The translations under genes were made by a program, and so were the position numbers. This document shows, piece after piece, positions 10,280 through 19,025 of a DNA stretch of 64,000 nt. Source of the DNA: a virus. The stretch lies in the IMG/VR virus record IMGVR_UViG_3300045988_159790. The stretch is one strand, 5' to 3'. The notes under the pieces were generated by a model. That model did not search any database, was not told the DNA's origin, and saw only the letters and a program-made list of their open reading frames with translations. The first letter of the stretch is position 1. Each line of letters begins with the position of its first letter.

Positions 10280-10819
10280 TTAATCATCTAAGTTAAACAA
10301 TTTAGGTTTAGCTTTTTTTATCTCAGGAACCTTTATCGTTACCTCTTTTATTTTTTCTTTATATATTGCAAAATCTTTATTATTGTTTAGTTGGGTAGTA
10401 ATAAAAATATTGTAATAATAATTTTTAGCATCTTCATAAACAAAAGGAATGATACCGACTCCTTTTCGTTCTTTATCTATTGGATTACCTTTTATTTCAT
10501 GGAAATAAATTAATGACTTTAACATTCCACTATAACTATATTTATTATTTTCTTTATATTCTTTAATTTGCTTCATAACAAGCGCCCAATTCGCTTTTCC
10601 TTTATAAAGCGCATTTATATAGTCTTTTAATATTTTTAAGTCTCGGTCTTCTTGAGTTTCTTCTTTTTTAACCTTTTGTGATTCCATTTCAACAAAATTA
10701 GTATTCTTCGGGTCACATGCGGCATGTGCATATCTTCTCATTCCATATCTAACAGCCTGAATTTTGTTAGTATCAAAAATTTCTCCGCATATAGGACACT
10801 TTACTTCATGTTTCGCCAT
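10280..10819 (-). CDS. hypothetical protein with N-terminal zinc-binding motif
   Basis: CPICGE...HAACD. Confidence 0.35.
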   Translation of the reverse strand: MAKHEVKCPICGEIFDTNKIQAVRYGMRRYAHAACDPKNTNFVEMESQKVKKEETQEDRDLKILKDYINALYKGKANWALVMKQIKEYKENNKYSYSGMLKSLIYFHEIKGNPIDKERKGVGIIPFVYEDAKNYYYNIFITTQLNNNKDFAIYKEKIKEVTIKVPEIKKAKPKLFNLDD

Positions 10820-11159
10820 AAATTATCACCTTCCCATGTTTACCAATTTTTTTCATATAATCTATCATATCTTTAGTTCCTTTTGAAGAGCCATTCCAAA
10901 AGGCTAGTAGATAATCTGCATAATCTCCCATTTCATGATTTCTAATTATTCCTGCGGATTTACCATACTTTTCCCAATTAGGATAAAAATATTTTAAAGA
11001 ATAATCAAACTCTTTTGCATATCTTTCTCCTAGCTTATCTGCACCTCTCGCACCTCCGCAGACTATCTCTTCGATATTATCTATTTCTATTTCTTTTAAT
11101 GTTTTACATAATAAATCATAGTCTTGAAAAGACCTTGTTCCAGCAATTATTAATTTCAT
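10806..11159 (-). CDS. SLOG/DUF2493-family Rossmann protein (start revised to internal ATG at 11159)
   Basis: MKLIIAGTRSF...CGGARGADKLGERYA motif; GAGGTG RBS 9 nt upstream of ATG at 11159; longer track ORF start would overlap promoter motif. Confidence 0.5.
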   Translation of the reverse strand: MKLIIAGTRSFQDYDLLCKTLKEIEIDNIEEIVCGGARGADKLGERYAKEFDYSLKYFYPNWEKYGKSAGIIRNHEMGDYADYLLAFWNGSSKGTKDMIDYMKKIGKHGKVIIYGET

Positions 11160-11174
11160 TATTTTATACACCTC

Positions 11175-11210
11175 TATAAATATTGTATCATATTTTTTAT
11201 ATAAAATCAA
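11175..11210 (-). promoter_or_regulatory. conserved promoter motif copy
   Basis: -35 TTGATT, -10 TACAAT variant, followed by GAGGTG RBS and ATG 11159. Confidence 0.55.
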
Positions 11211-11251
11211 ATAAAGGAGTATTTATAATAAATACTCCTTTATCATTAAAA

Positions 11252-12289
11252 TTACATTTCTTTATATTTTACAAGGTCTCTTAAATCTGTAACAATAAGG
11301 TCAATCGCCTCAACCTGGTCTCTTGTTGCATCTTTAATTTTCTTTCCTTTTCCGAGATATCTTTCAATACACTGAGTGATTCTTGGCTGCCAATATTCAG
11401 AAAAAGTTTTTCCTTCTTCTGTCTCTTGCTTAATATCTGCGGAGCCTGGAATATTAATAATGATATCATTAAATTCTTTCATTAACTTATCAAAATCAAG
11501 TTCCATAGAAGTATCTAAATGAACATTCTCTCTCTTATCAGTAAATAAATCACTACCATCTTCTGCCATCTGCTTATCAATAGCATCTCCAATTGCTTTA
11601 ACTAAATTATCATAGCTTAATTCTATATAGTCTGGAGTATATTTGAAACGAGAGCCAGCTTCATATCTTGAAGTTCCTCTAAGAAACATTAGAACTTTTT
11701 CATTTCCTGCTTCATCAGTTACTGAGCGAGTATAACCAATAAGGTCACACATTCTTGCAATAACATTATTTGCTCTTTTATCAAGAGTTGGAACAATCTT
11801 ATTAAACTGGTTTCCGCCTTCATCTGTGAATGTTTTATCTGTTTCATGTGATATAATTACTAATCCATATCCCATCTGTACAATTTTTCTTAAACATTCA
11901 TCAAATTCTTTTTCGATAAGACCATAACCTTTACCAAATGGAATATCTGACACGGTATCTGCATTATTATTTGCACAGATATACTTTGTGCAGTAATCAT
12001 ATGCTATATCTCCTGTATCTATAATAATCGTCTCAAACATTTCTTTCGCCTTATCGTCTTTTAACTGTCTAAGAACTTGCTTAAATTCTGACCATGAATT
12101 AATTGGCTGTGCCATCGCTCCTGGAATTGCAGAATAACCCTTCTCAAAAGCTAAAAGAAAATGCTTAGGGAATTTTACTGCGGTAGTAGTTTTACCAGTC
12201 TTCCATCCGCCATACATAAACACACTATACCCTCTCATGTCTCTACTAACTTGATGAGGCTGTACGCTAAAAATATCTATTCCTGCCAT
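11252..12289 (-). CDS. AAA_24/Sak4-like RecA-fold ATPase (recombination-associated)
   Basis: Walker A YGGWKTGKTT, Walker B IIIDTGD; AGGAAGG RBS. Confidence 0.5.
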   Translation of the reverse strand: MAGIDIFSVQPHQVSRDMRGYSVFMYGGWKTGKTTTAVKFPKHFLLAFEKGYSAIPGAMAQPINSWSEFKQVLRQLKDDKAKEMFETIIIDTGDIAYDYCTKYICANNNADTVSDIPFGKGYGLIEKEFDECLRKIVQMGYGLVIISHETDKTFTDEGGNQFNKIVPTLDKRANNVIARMCDLIGYTRSVTDEAGNEKVLMFLRGTSRYEAGSRFKYTPDYIELSYDNLVKAIGDAIDKQMAEDGSDLFTDKRENVHLDTSMELDFDKLMKEFNDIIINIPGSADIKQETEEGKTFSEYWQPRITQCIERYLGKGKKIKDATRDQVEAIDLIVTDLRDLVKYKEM

Positions 12290-12393
12290 TAAAATACTTT
12301 ACCTTCCTTATCTTATAAAATTGATTTAAAAAATCCAAAACCTAATTTCAATTCTAAATTGCGATTGCTAGTGAGCCTAGCAGAGAAAAAATT

Positions 12394-12415
12394 AAAGTGG
12401 GGATAGCCCCACTTT
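12394..12415 (-). terminator. rho-independent terminator
   Basis: aaagtgggg ata gccccacttt hairpin, U-run on coding strand after it. Confidence 0.55.
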
Positions 12416-12417
12416 AA

Positions 12418-13395
12418 TTAAAAGTTAAAACCACCCATTGCTGCGCTAACAGTACTTGAAGCAGGTGTTGCTGCAGATGTTGAATTAGCATTGGCAGCTC
12501 TTGAAGCCTGATATTCTTCATTTCTCTTCTTAGTTTCTGCGAGATACTTTTCACGGTCCGCCATAGCAGTCTTAATTTCTTCTGGCGAAATATCTCCGTC
12601 TTCCTCGATTGCATAAATAGCATCAGTCTGAGATGTTCCATCAATTACCCATTCTTTAACATTTCTTGTTGTCTCAATAACCTGTGGAGCACCAAATGCT
12701 GATTCTTCAGTTCTCTTGTTAGAAATATTCTTACTATTAATATGTCCCCAGACCTTTGTAAAAGTAAGATTGTTTGAACTTGCATCAAGGCTTTCAAAAT
12801 ACTGAATTCCGCCCTTATCATAACATACAAATTCAACTGGAAGAATTGCATTTCTAAAATTAAAGATAGCACCTTTAATTACTAAATGCTCATCTATATT
12901 ATGCTCTTCATCAGCTTCAACAAATCTTGTTCCATTAATAAGAATATCAGCGATAAAAAGATTTCTCTTATCTACTTTCTTATTAAGTTCGCTAATTGCT
13001 TTAACGAATCCACCTTCACACTTCTTTGCACTTACTAACTCTTCCTCTCCAGTTGTTCTGTTAGGAGTATAGAAATCATTAAGTGCAGTTGCAGTATCTA
13101 TAGCAAGTAACATAGCTTCATCTTTACCATTTACAACAACAGTCTTTCCATTTTCAATAATAGATTTTAAAGTTGTAAATGTGTTATTCTTACTGCCCTT
13201 TGCAGTATACTCTGTTACAAAAGTAAAATGTGTCTTAACAATATTAAGACAATCTTCATCTGTTGCTAAATTAAGAGTTCCCGCAATATACTCTTTTCCA
13301 TAATTGCTTGACTCCTTATTCTGAACAGTTTTAATTGCTAAATCATGTTCATATAACTTTCCTTCTAAATGTACTGAATTAATCATTTTCTTCAT
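12418..13395 (-). CDS. putative ssDNA-binding protein
   Basis: Position in replication module, OB-like beta-rich N-terminus, C-terminal ...MGGFNF tail ending in aromatic residue as in T7 gp2.5; weak. Confidence 0.3.
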   Translation of the reverse strand: MKKMINSVHLEGKLYEHDLAIKTVQNKESSNYGKEYIAGTLNLATDEDCLNIVKTHFTFVTEYTAKGSKNNTFTTLKSIIENGKTVVVNGKDEAMLLAIDTATALNDFYTPNRTTGEEELVSAKKCEGGFVKAISELNKKVDKRNLFIADILINGTRFVEADEEHNIDEHLVIKGAIFNFRNAILPVEFVCYDKGGIQYFESLDASSNNLTFTKVWGHINSKNISNKRTEESAFGAPQVIETTRNVKEWVIDGTSQTDAIYAIEEDGDISPEEIKTAMADREKYLAETKKRNEEYQASRAANANSTSAATPASSTVSAAMGGFNF

Positions 13396-13481
13396 TGTTC
13401 TTATTTTCTCCTTAAATTAAAATTAATTCTTTATATAATATATTATATCAAAAATTTTTTATTTTATCAAGCTACTGAAGA

Positions 13482-13838
13482 TTAATTATCTTCTAAATGC
13501 TGCTCTCTTCCAAGAGCTGTAATTGCGTATATTACTGGATTTGTTCCAACCTTTTCAACATAACCATCAGTAACTAATTTTCTTAATGCGCCAGATGCAG
13601 TTCTTGAAGTAATACTTAAACCTTCTCCAATACTTTTTGCATTAAAGAGATTCTTAAATGCATCTTCATTATTCTGCATATAATCTAAAACAAGCTTACC
13701 ATTTTCTGTGAACTGTGGTTTATCATTTTCTTTTGTTATACAGAGTGCATCAAAATAATTCTTTGCATCTTCACTAAGAACTAAACCTACATTAATTGCT
13801 TCTTTAATTTCTTTAATAAAAACATCTCTTTTACTCAT
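13482..13838 (-). CDS. winged-helix DNA-binding protein
   Basis: C-terminal RTASGALRKLVTDGYVEKVG...PVIYAIT wHTH-like. Confidence 0.4.
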   Translation of the reverse strand: MSKRDVFIKEIKEAINVGLVLSEDAKNYFDALCITKENDKPQFTENGKLVLDYMQNNEDAFKNLFNAKSIGEGLSITSRTASGALRKLVTDGYVEKVGTNPVIYAITALGREQHLEDN

Positions 13839-13867
13839 TTTTTTAAATCCTCAACTTTTCTTTTCTT

Positions 13868-13906
13868 TATATAAATATTATATCATATTTTTTATTTATT
13901 TTCAAC
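13868..13906 (-). promoter_or_regulatory. conserved promoter motif copy
   Basis: tatataaatattatatcatattttttatttattttcaac. Confidence 0.5.
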
Positions 13907-14575
13907 AGAAGCTATAATTAATTCACTGTATGGTAAATTTTCAATCCATGAACAAAAATCTCTCCATTCATCTAATTTATGATTTCTTCTTTGCTTGTAA
14001 ATATCACAAAGTACTTCATAATTAAGCATTACATTTCTTGTTTGGTTATATGATGATGGAAGTAACTGTATCATTTGCCACCAATCTGTCTTTGACTTTG
14101 TTTTCAGATATGTTTTTCTACAAGCATTTAAACAATCAATTACTGATTTAATAAGCATATAAGGCTTATGCATCTCACCATCATCATTAAATCTAGCAAT
14201 AGTCTCAAGATGCTCTACTGAAAAATCTTCCAATGTAAATTCTTTTTCCTGAATTTTGTGCATAGTTGAACAGCTATTAGCTACAGTTCCAACCTTGTAA
14301 GTATCAAACTCTTTCCACCAATATAGAGGTGCTGTAATTCTCACATACACTGGCATCATTCTCATATACTTCCTATGTTCTGTACCAGCTTTAGATAGAC
14401 GCTGCATGAGCGAATGGTCGTTTTCACCTAATGTAAAATTAATATCATATCTCTCGTCATATTTTGTGGTATCACTATCACTCTTCACCCAGCTATTCAT
14501 TGGATTTCTCATACCTTCAATAACAAATTCCATCTGCTCTGGTGAAGGTAAAACTGTATGTTCTAATTTAATCAT
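13892..14575 (-). CDS. hypothetical protein
   Basis: 227 aa ORF with GAGGA RBS; weak resemblance to ThyX fold but catalytic RHR motif absent. Confidence 0.4.
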   Translation of the reverse strand: MIKLEHTVLPSPEQMEFVIEGMRNPMNSWVKSDSDTTKYDERYDINFTLGENDHSLMQRLSKAGTEHRKYMRMMPVYVRITAPLYWWKEFDTYKVGTVANSCSTMHKIQEKEFTLEDFSVEHLETIARFNDDGEMHKPYMLIKSVIDCLNACRKTYLKTKSKTDWWQMIQLLPSSYNQTRNVMLNYEVLCDIYKQRRNHKLDEWRDFCSWIENLPYSELIIASVENK

Positions 14576-14729
14576 TCATATTCTCACTTTCCATAAGTTT
14601 TTTATTCATTTCATCTTCACATTCTTGACTGCAAATATAAGCTTCGTAGCAATATTCAATTTTATTTGTTTTCTTCCCGCAAACGCAACAAGGCTTTTCT
14701 TCTTTTGAAATTATATAATTATTTTTCAT
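14567..14729 (-). CDS. small zinc-finger protein (zf-HIT/MYND-like), translationally coupled to next gene
   Basis: Manual translation MKNNYIISKEEKPCCVCGKKTNKIEYCYEAYICSQECEDEM...; stop overlaps downstream ATG (AATGATTAA). Confidence 0.3.
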
Positions 14730-15081
14730 TTTATTCTCCATCTTTACAAATATTAATAGATAATTGAATATAAAAAGTATGCAATTTAGTTCTTAAATAA
14801 CAAAAACGAAATATAATATCTCCATCATTAAAAAAGATATGCGGACCTAATTTCCAAACTTTAGAAACCTTATATGCATTTTTTCCTACCCTATCTCGTT
14901 CTATTTTAATCATTTATTGTTCCTTAATTCTTTTAACTCTTTATTAAATTTTTCTTTCTTTTTCTTTTCATGTTTCATATTTATTAATTCAAAAATAAAA
15001 TAGAATAATAATAATATAAGACCTATACCACAACTGATAATAAATTCAACCATATATTTAGTAAACCAAAATTCAAACATT

Positions 15082-16037
15082 TTATTTATTTCCTTTCAAA
15101 ATGTTATATCCATAATTGACACTATCATATAAACCTATGTAGTATCTTTCTTTTTCATTTAATTCTGCTCTATCGCATTTTTCTAATAACTCCCAAGAGA
15201 AAGATTGCAATCCATACTCTTGCATTGCTTTATATAATTTATTACCGCGGGAGTGTCTATTCCTAAACCGCACTTTGCATGTTCTGACCATCTAGCAGCA
15301 ATATCTGCAGCTTGACCTATGTAACATTCTCCTGTGATAATATTAGTTATTTTATAAATACCTGTAACAGTAGAAGTGCCAAGTATATTCGCGGCAAGTG
15401 CTTTTAATGGTTTTTGAAACCATGTTTGCCAAATTAACATGCTTAAAACTCTTGGTTTATTTAAAGTCTTTTTTATATTTTCTAACTTTTGAATATCTGC
15501 AATATCAGTGTCGCTTATCTTTAAACAATAGAAAGATTGCTGTTCTTTAATCTTCTTTTCTCTAATTTGAGCTTCTATTGCGGCAGTCCGAGTTGCTTTT
15601 ATTTTATCTAATTCTTTTTGAATTTCTGATGTTTCCGCAAGTAATTTTTCTTGCGCAATGGCATAAGCTTCTCTAAGACTATCTTCTAATTCACTATATT
15701 CTTCTTCTGTATTTCTATATGCTGAATCTAGAATATCACAATATGATTCAAATGCTTCTTGAGACCTTTGTTTACTATTAGAAATAGTTTCATCTATCTG
15801 GCGTAAATTCTCTGTATAAATATTAATTTGTTCTTTTAGATTTTTTATATCGTTTTTTGTATTTAGTTGTTCATAATTTAATTTATCTTTTTCTAATTTA
15901 AGGTTACTTATTTGATATTCTAGTTTATTTTTTTCATCTTTAGCTTTTGTATTATCTTTAATTTTTACATTCAATACAAACCATAATGCAATCACCAAGA
16001 TAAAACAAAATATACCTAATCCAATTGTAATACCCAT
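15082..16037 (-). pseudogene. DUF4041 (TM + coiled coil) fused to GIY-YIG/T5orf172 nuclease domain, frameshifted
   Basis: 284-aa frame ends ...GIYKITNIITGECYIGQAADIAARWSEHAK (GIY-YIG N-half); 69-aa overlapping frame carries ...GNKLYKAMQEYGLQSFSWELLEKCDRAELNEKERYYIGLYDSVNYGYN (GIY-YIG C-half); frames switch near 15255-15285. Confidence 0.5.
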
Positions 16038-16097
16038 TTCTTCACCCGATAAAAAAATTGGGGTAGATATTACTCTACCCCAAGTATTGTATATAAA

Positions 16098-16415
16098 TTA
16101 CTCAGCATCCTCTGCTGCTGCAGCTGCTGCATCCTGAGCAAGTGCTGCTTCATGGTCATAAGATAAACCTGCATCTGTAAGCTTAATGAACTTAACTGGC
16201 TTATGAGAAACTGTTCCCTCTTCATCTGTTACTTCAATCTCAGCTGGAACTCTCTTAGCATAACCCTTTCTCTGAAGACCTGCTGTTACGATACCATCTA
16301 CTGACTTCTTCTCAAGACCAAGTGCCTCTGCGATATCTGCTGATGTCACATTTGTGTCGCCAATCTCCTTTAAATAATTTAATACCTTTAATGAATTGCC
16401 CTTTACTGCTACCAT
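16098..16415 (-). CDS. basic wHTH DNA-binding protein with poly-Ala/acidic tail
   Basis: NVTSADIAEALGLEKKSVDGIVTAGLQRKGYAKRV helix-turn-helix-like; locally elevated GC. Confidence 0.4.
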   Translation of the reverse strand: MVAVKGNSLKVLNYLKEIGDTNVTSADIAEALGLEKKSVDGIVTAGLQRKGYAKRVPAEIEVTDEEGTVSHKPVKFIKLTDAGLSYDHEAALAQDAAAAAAEDAE

Positions 16416-16811
16416 TATTTCTTTTTCTCCTTTTAATTAAATATTTTTTTTATTTTATAAGTGATAGACACTTTATATAAAATGAATTAGATTACTTAGA
16501 AAATTTTTCTTGTATATATTCATCAATTTCAAGAAGTTCATCTCCGCTAAGATTTTTTGATAACTTAGCCATTTCTTCTAAATTTTCTAATACATTATTT
16601 CCTTGTTGACATTCTTTTTCTAAAGAATATATCTTCTTTGCTATTCCTTTTAAATGCGAATTCATATCTATCTTCCTTATATACATATTATATCAAAAAA
16701 TTTTTATTTTTTCAAGTTTGATAGGCTTTAAACTTAAAAATGTTTTCTTTTCTTTTGATATAAATATTATATCAAAAAATTTTCAAGTTTTCAACTTACT
16801 GCAACCTTATA

Positions 16812-17924
16812 TTAAAAAATATTCTCAATAGTACATTCTTTAGCTTCTTTATCTTCTCTAAGGAATTTAAAGAATCCATGTCTTATAGTATGTTCTTTTT
16901 TATCCATTTCCATCATCTGAATAGAGCATACTTTATTAAGATACTTATTTGGATTTATACTCATATCTTCTTTCATTTCATCTGATATTCCAGAATGAAT
17001 AGTTCCAATATCTATAATATTACCCTTACTATCATATGCTCCAATTTTTATTCTTGCATTTAACCACTTATAATAATAAGGCTTTGTCACAGGAGTAGGT
17101 TTATATCCAGCCGCAATAAGGTCTTTATAAGAACCTTGTAAGCGATTATTATTATCATCAATACAAAAACCCCAAGAGTCAAGTTCTTTACCATAATATT
17201 CTTTAGTTGGCTCTTCAAAACCTATAATAATAACATCTGCAAAATCAACTTTTTTCGCTTTTAAATTAGTCATAGGTCTTTTTCCAGGTTCATATTTCCC
17301 ACTCTTCAACTTTATAACCATACCTTCTTCACCTGCGGAAAGAGCATTTCCAACTCTTTCATAAAGATTATCGCACCATACATCCGCAAGTTCAATAAAG
17401 TCATATCGATTAAGATTATGTAATTCATATATCTTTTTTAAGATATTATATCTCTCCCAAGCACCGGTTTCTGCAACTACAAAATTAACACCTTTATACA
17501 TTAAAATATCATGGATATAATAATGTATTTTACCATATGAACCATTTTGTCTCTCAATTGCCTTTTGTGGTAAGCATCCCATAATAGTAGTTACATTTTT
17601 TGAGCTACCACCGGGATAATAAATCTCTCCAATGATAATTGTATCATTAGGTAAGCAAGATAATGCATCTATAATATGTGGTACATTATCACTCTTTTCT
17701 GATTGCAATCCTGTTGTCCTACTAGCGCTTCTTGAAAATAAATAAGTTCCGGCAGAATGTTTTTCATATTGATACCAATAACCATCTTTTTTAAGTTGTC
17801 CAAAATATTCATCACTTTCACATGCTTTTTTTAATACAGTTTCATTACCCTTGTTTATTAACATAGTTTCATACATTAACGCACCAGGATATAGCTCTTC
17901 GATTTTATTTTTATCAAAACTCAT
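16812..17924 (-). CDS. ATP-dependent polynucleotide ligase (KxDG nucleotidyltransferase; DNA or RNA ligase)
   Basis: Motif I LKKDGYWYQ, motif IV EEGMVIK, motif V KLKSGKYEPGKR..LKAKK; no Arg at +5 of motif I so DNA vs RNA ligase unresolved. Confidence 0.55.
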   Translation of the reverse strand: MSFDKNKIEELYPGALMYETMLINKGNETVLKKACESDEYFGQLKKDGYWYQYEKHSAGTYLFSRSASRTTGLQSEKSDNVPHIIDALSCLPNDTIIIGEIYYPGGSSKNVTTIMGCLPQKAIERQNGSYGKIHYYIHDILMYKGVNFVVAETGAWERYNILKKIYELHNLNRYDFIELADVWCDNLYERVGNALSAGEEGMVIKLKSGKYEPGKRPMTNLKAKKVDFADVIIIGFEEPTKEYYGKELDSWGFCIDDNNNRLQGSYKDLIAAGYKPTPVTKPYYYKWLNARIKIGAYDSKGNIIDIGTIHSGISDEMKEDMSINPNKYLNKVCSIQMMEMDKKEHTIRHGFFKFLREDKEAKECTIENIF

Positions 17925-17935
17925 TTTTAACTACC

Positions 17936-18739
17936 TCAATCTGTTAAGATATTTTCTTCATAAGCAATAACGCTTACAACAGGACTATTCCATTCTTCAA
18001 AGACATATGAAATATTCCCACGATTTTTTACATTTTGTGATAAATAGTTTGTATCTACAATAAACTCACTACAACAATTAGAGTGTATTGTATATACATT
18101 ATTAGTGTCTGTATGTCTATCTGACTTTGTATCAGACATAATACAAGGTATAACAGTTCCATTTGCTAATACCAAATCGAAATATTGTCCTATTGATAAA
18201 TTAAAATAAGTTCCCATAGCTACACAATATCTATTGTCAATTATCCTTAGACCATTTTCATCTGTTACTGCATAATTTCTTTGCAAATATAATTCATTTG
18301 AGCCATTTAAACAAATTGCTTTATAACTCATATAACTTTTAAAGCCATTATAATTTGCATAATATGGTAAATCATATTCAGTACCAATAGGCTGATATAC
18401 TTCTACTTCATCTGCGGTAAGCTCTTCTCCAATATCATTTACCTCTTCTATTGTTACTTCAGTTGTAACTTCTTCTTTTTCTTTTTCTAAAGGAATAATA
18501 TCTTCTGAGTTTTCCTCATTTGAAATTTGACTCTGCTCATAATTAAGCGAATACTGATTGACAAGTTCAGGAGAGCCAAGTGTTGTTTCTGGTCGCGGCA
18601 ATAGCATTAATATTAATAATGAACTACCATAAAAGAATGTTAGTAGACTCATACCAAGCCAACTAGAATCACTTATGCGACTAGAATGTTTTTTGTTTCT
18701 CTTTATTTGTTTCATTTTTCCTCCCATTAAGAGCGGCAA
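17936..18739 (-). CDS. membrane-anchored extracellular protein
   Basis: N-terminal TM LLTFFYGSSLLILMLL, acidic linker, C-terminal globular domain. Confidence 0.4.
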   Translation of the reverse strand: MPLLMGGKMKQIKRNKKHSSRISDSSWLGMSLLTFFYGSSLLILMLLPRPETTLGSPELVNQYSLNYEQSQISNEENSEDIIPLEKEKEEVTTEVTIEEVNDIGEELTADEVEVYQPIGTEYDLPYYANYNGFKSYMSYKAICLNGSNELYLQRNYAVTDENGLRIIDNRYCVAMGTYFNLSIGQYFDLVLANGTVIPCIMSDTKSDRHTDTNNVYTIHSNCCSEFIVDTNYLSQNVKNRGNISYVFEEWNSPVVSVIAYEENILTD

Positions 18740-19025
18740 AACTGTATAATATATATGATTTTTAAAACAATAAAATTATCTATTATTGTCCTTTATTTAT
18801 CATATATATTATTATATCATATTTTTTTTATTAAGTCAATTTGAGAAAAAATGTGAGAAAGTCTACGCGGCAACCGGTAAAAACCGGCGCCGTAGGTCTT
18901 TCTTTGACTAGCTTTCTTTCTCCCTACTGAGAAAGAAAGTAGAAGATATTGATATACTTGCCCTTAAGCAGGTATTATTATATGAAAATTATAGTATATA
19001 GATTATTCATTTTTGTCCAAAAATT

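Noticed and set aside
10806-11210. Track ORF start at 11210 for the SLOG/DUF2493 protein
   Set aside because: The first 17 codons would overlap the conserved promoter copy. The internal ATG at 11159 has a GAGGTG RBS and begins the conserved MKLIIAGTRSF domain.
13892-14575. ThyX (flavin-dependent thymidylate synthase) call for the 227-aa ORF
   Set aside because: Only a loose resemblance (APLYWWKEF versus APIFVARQWFRHR). The catalytic RHR..S motif is not present, so the ORF is left as hypothetical.
18740-19025. GC-rich structured intergenic block downstream of the GyrA-like gene as a possible intron or ncRNA (shares ATTTTTGTCCAAA with the topo II intron)
   Set aside because: There is no split host gene. 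The block contains two strong hairpins (ctttctttctc..gagaaagaaag and ccggtaaaaaccgg flanked by GC) followed by T-runs. It is most simply tandem terminators ahead of a promoter copy.
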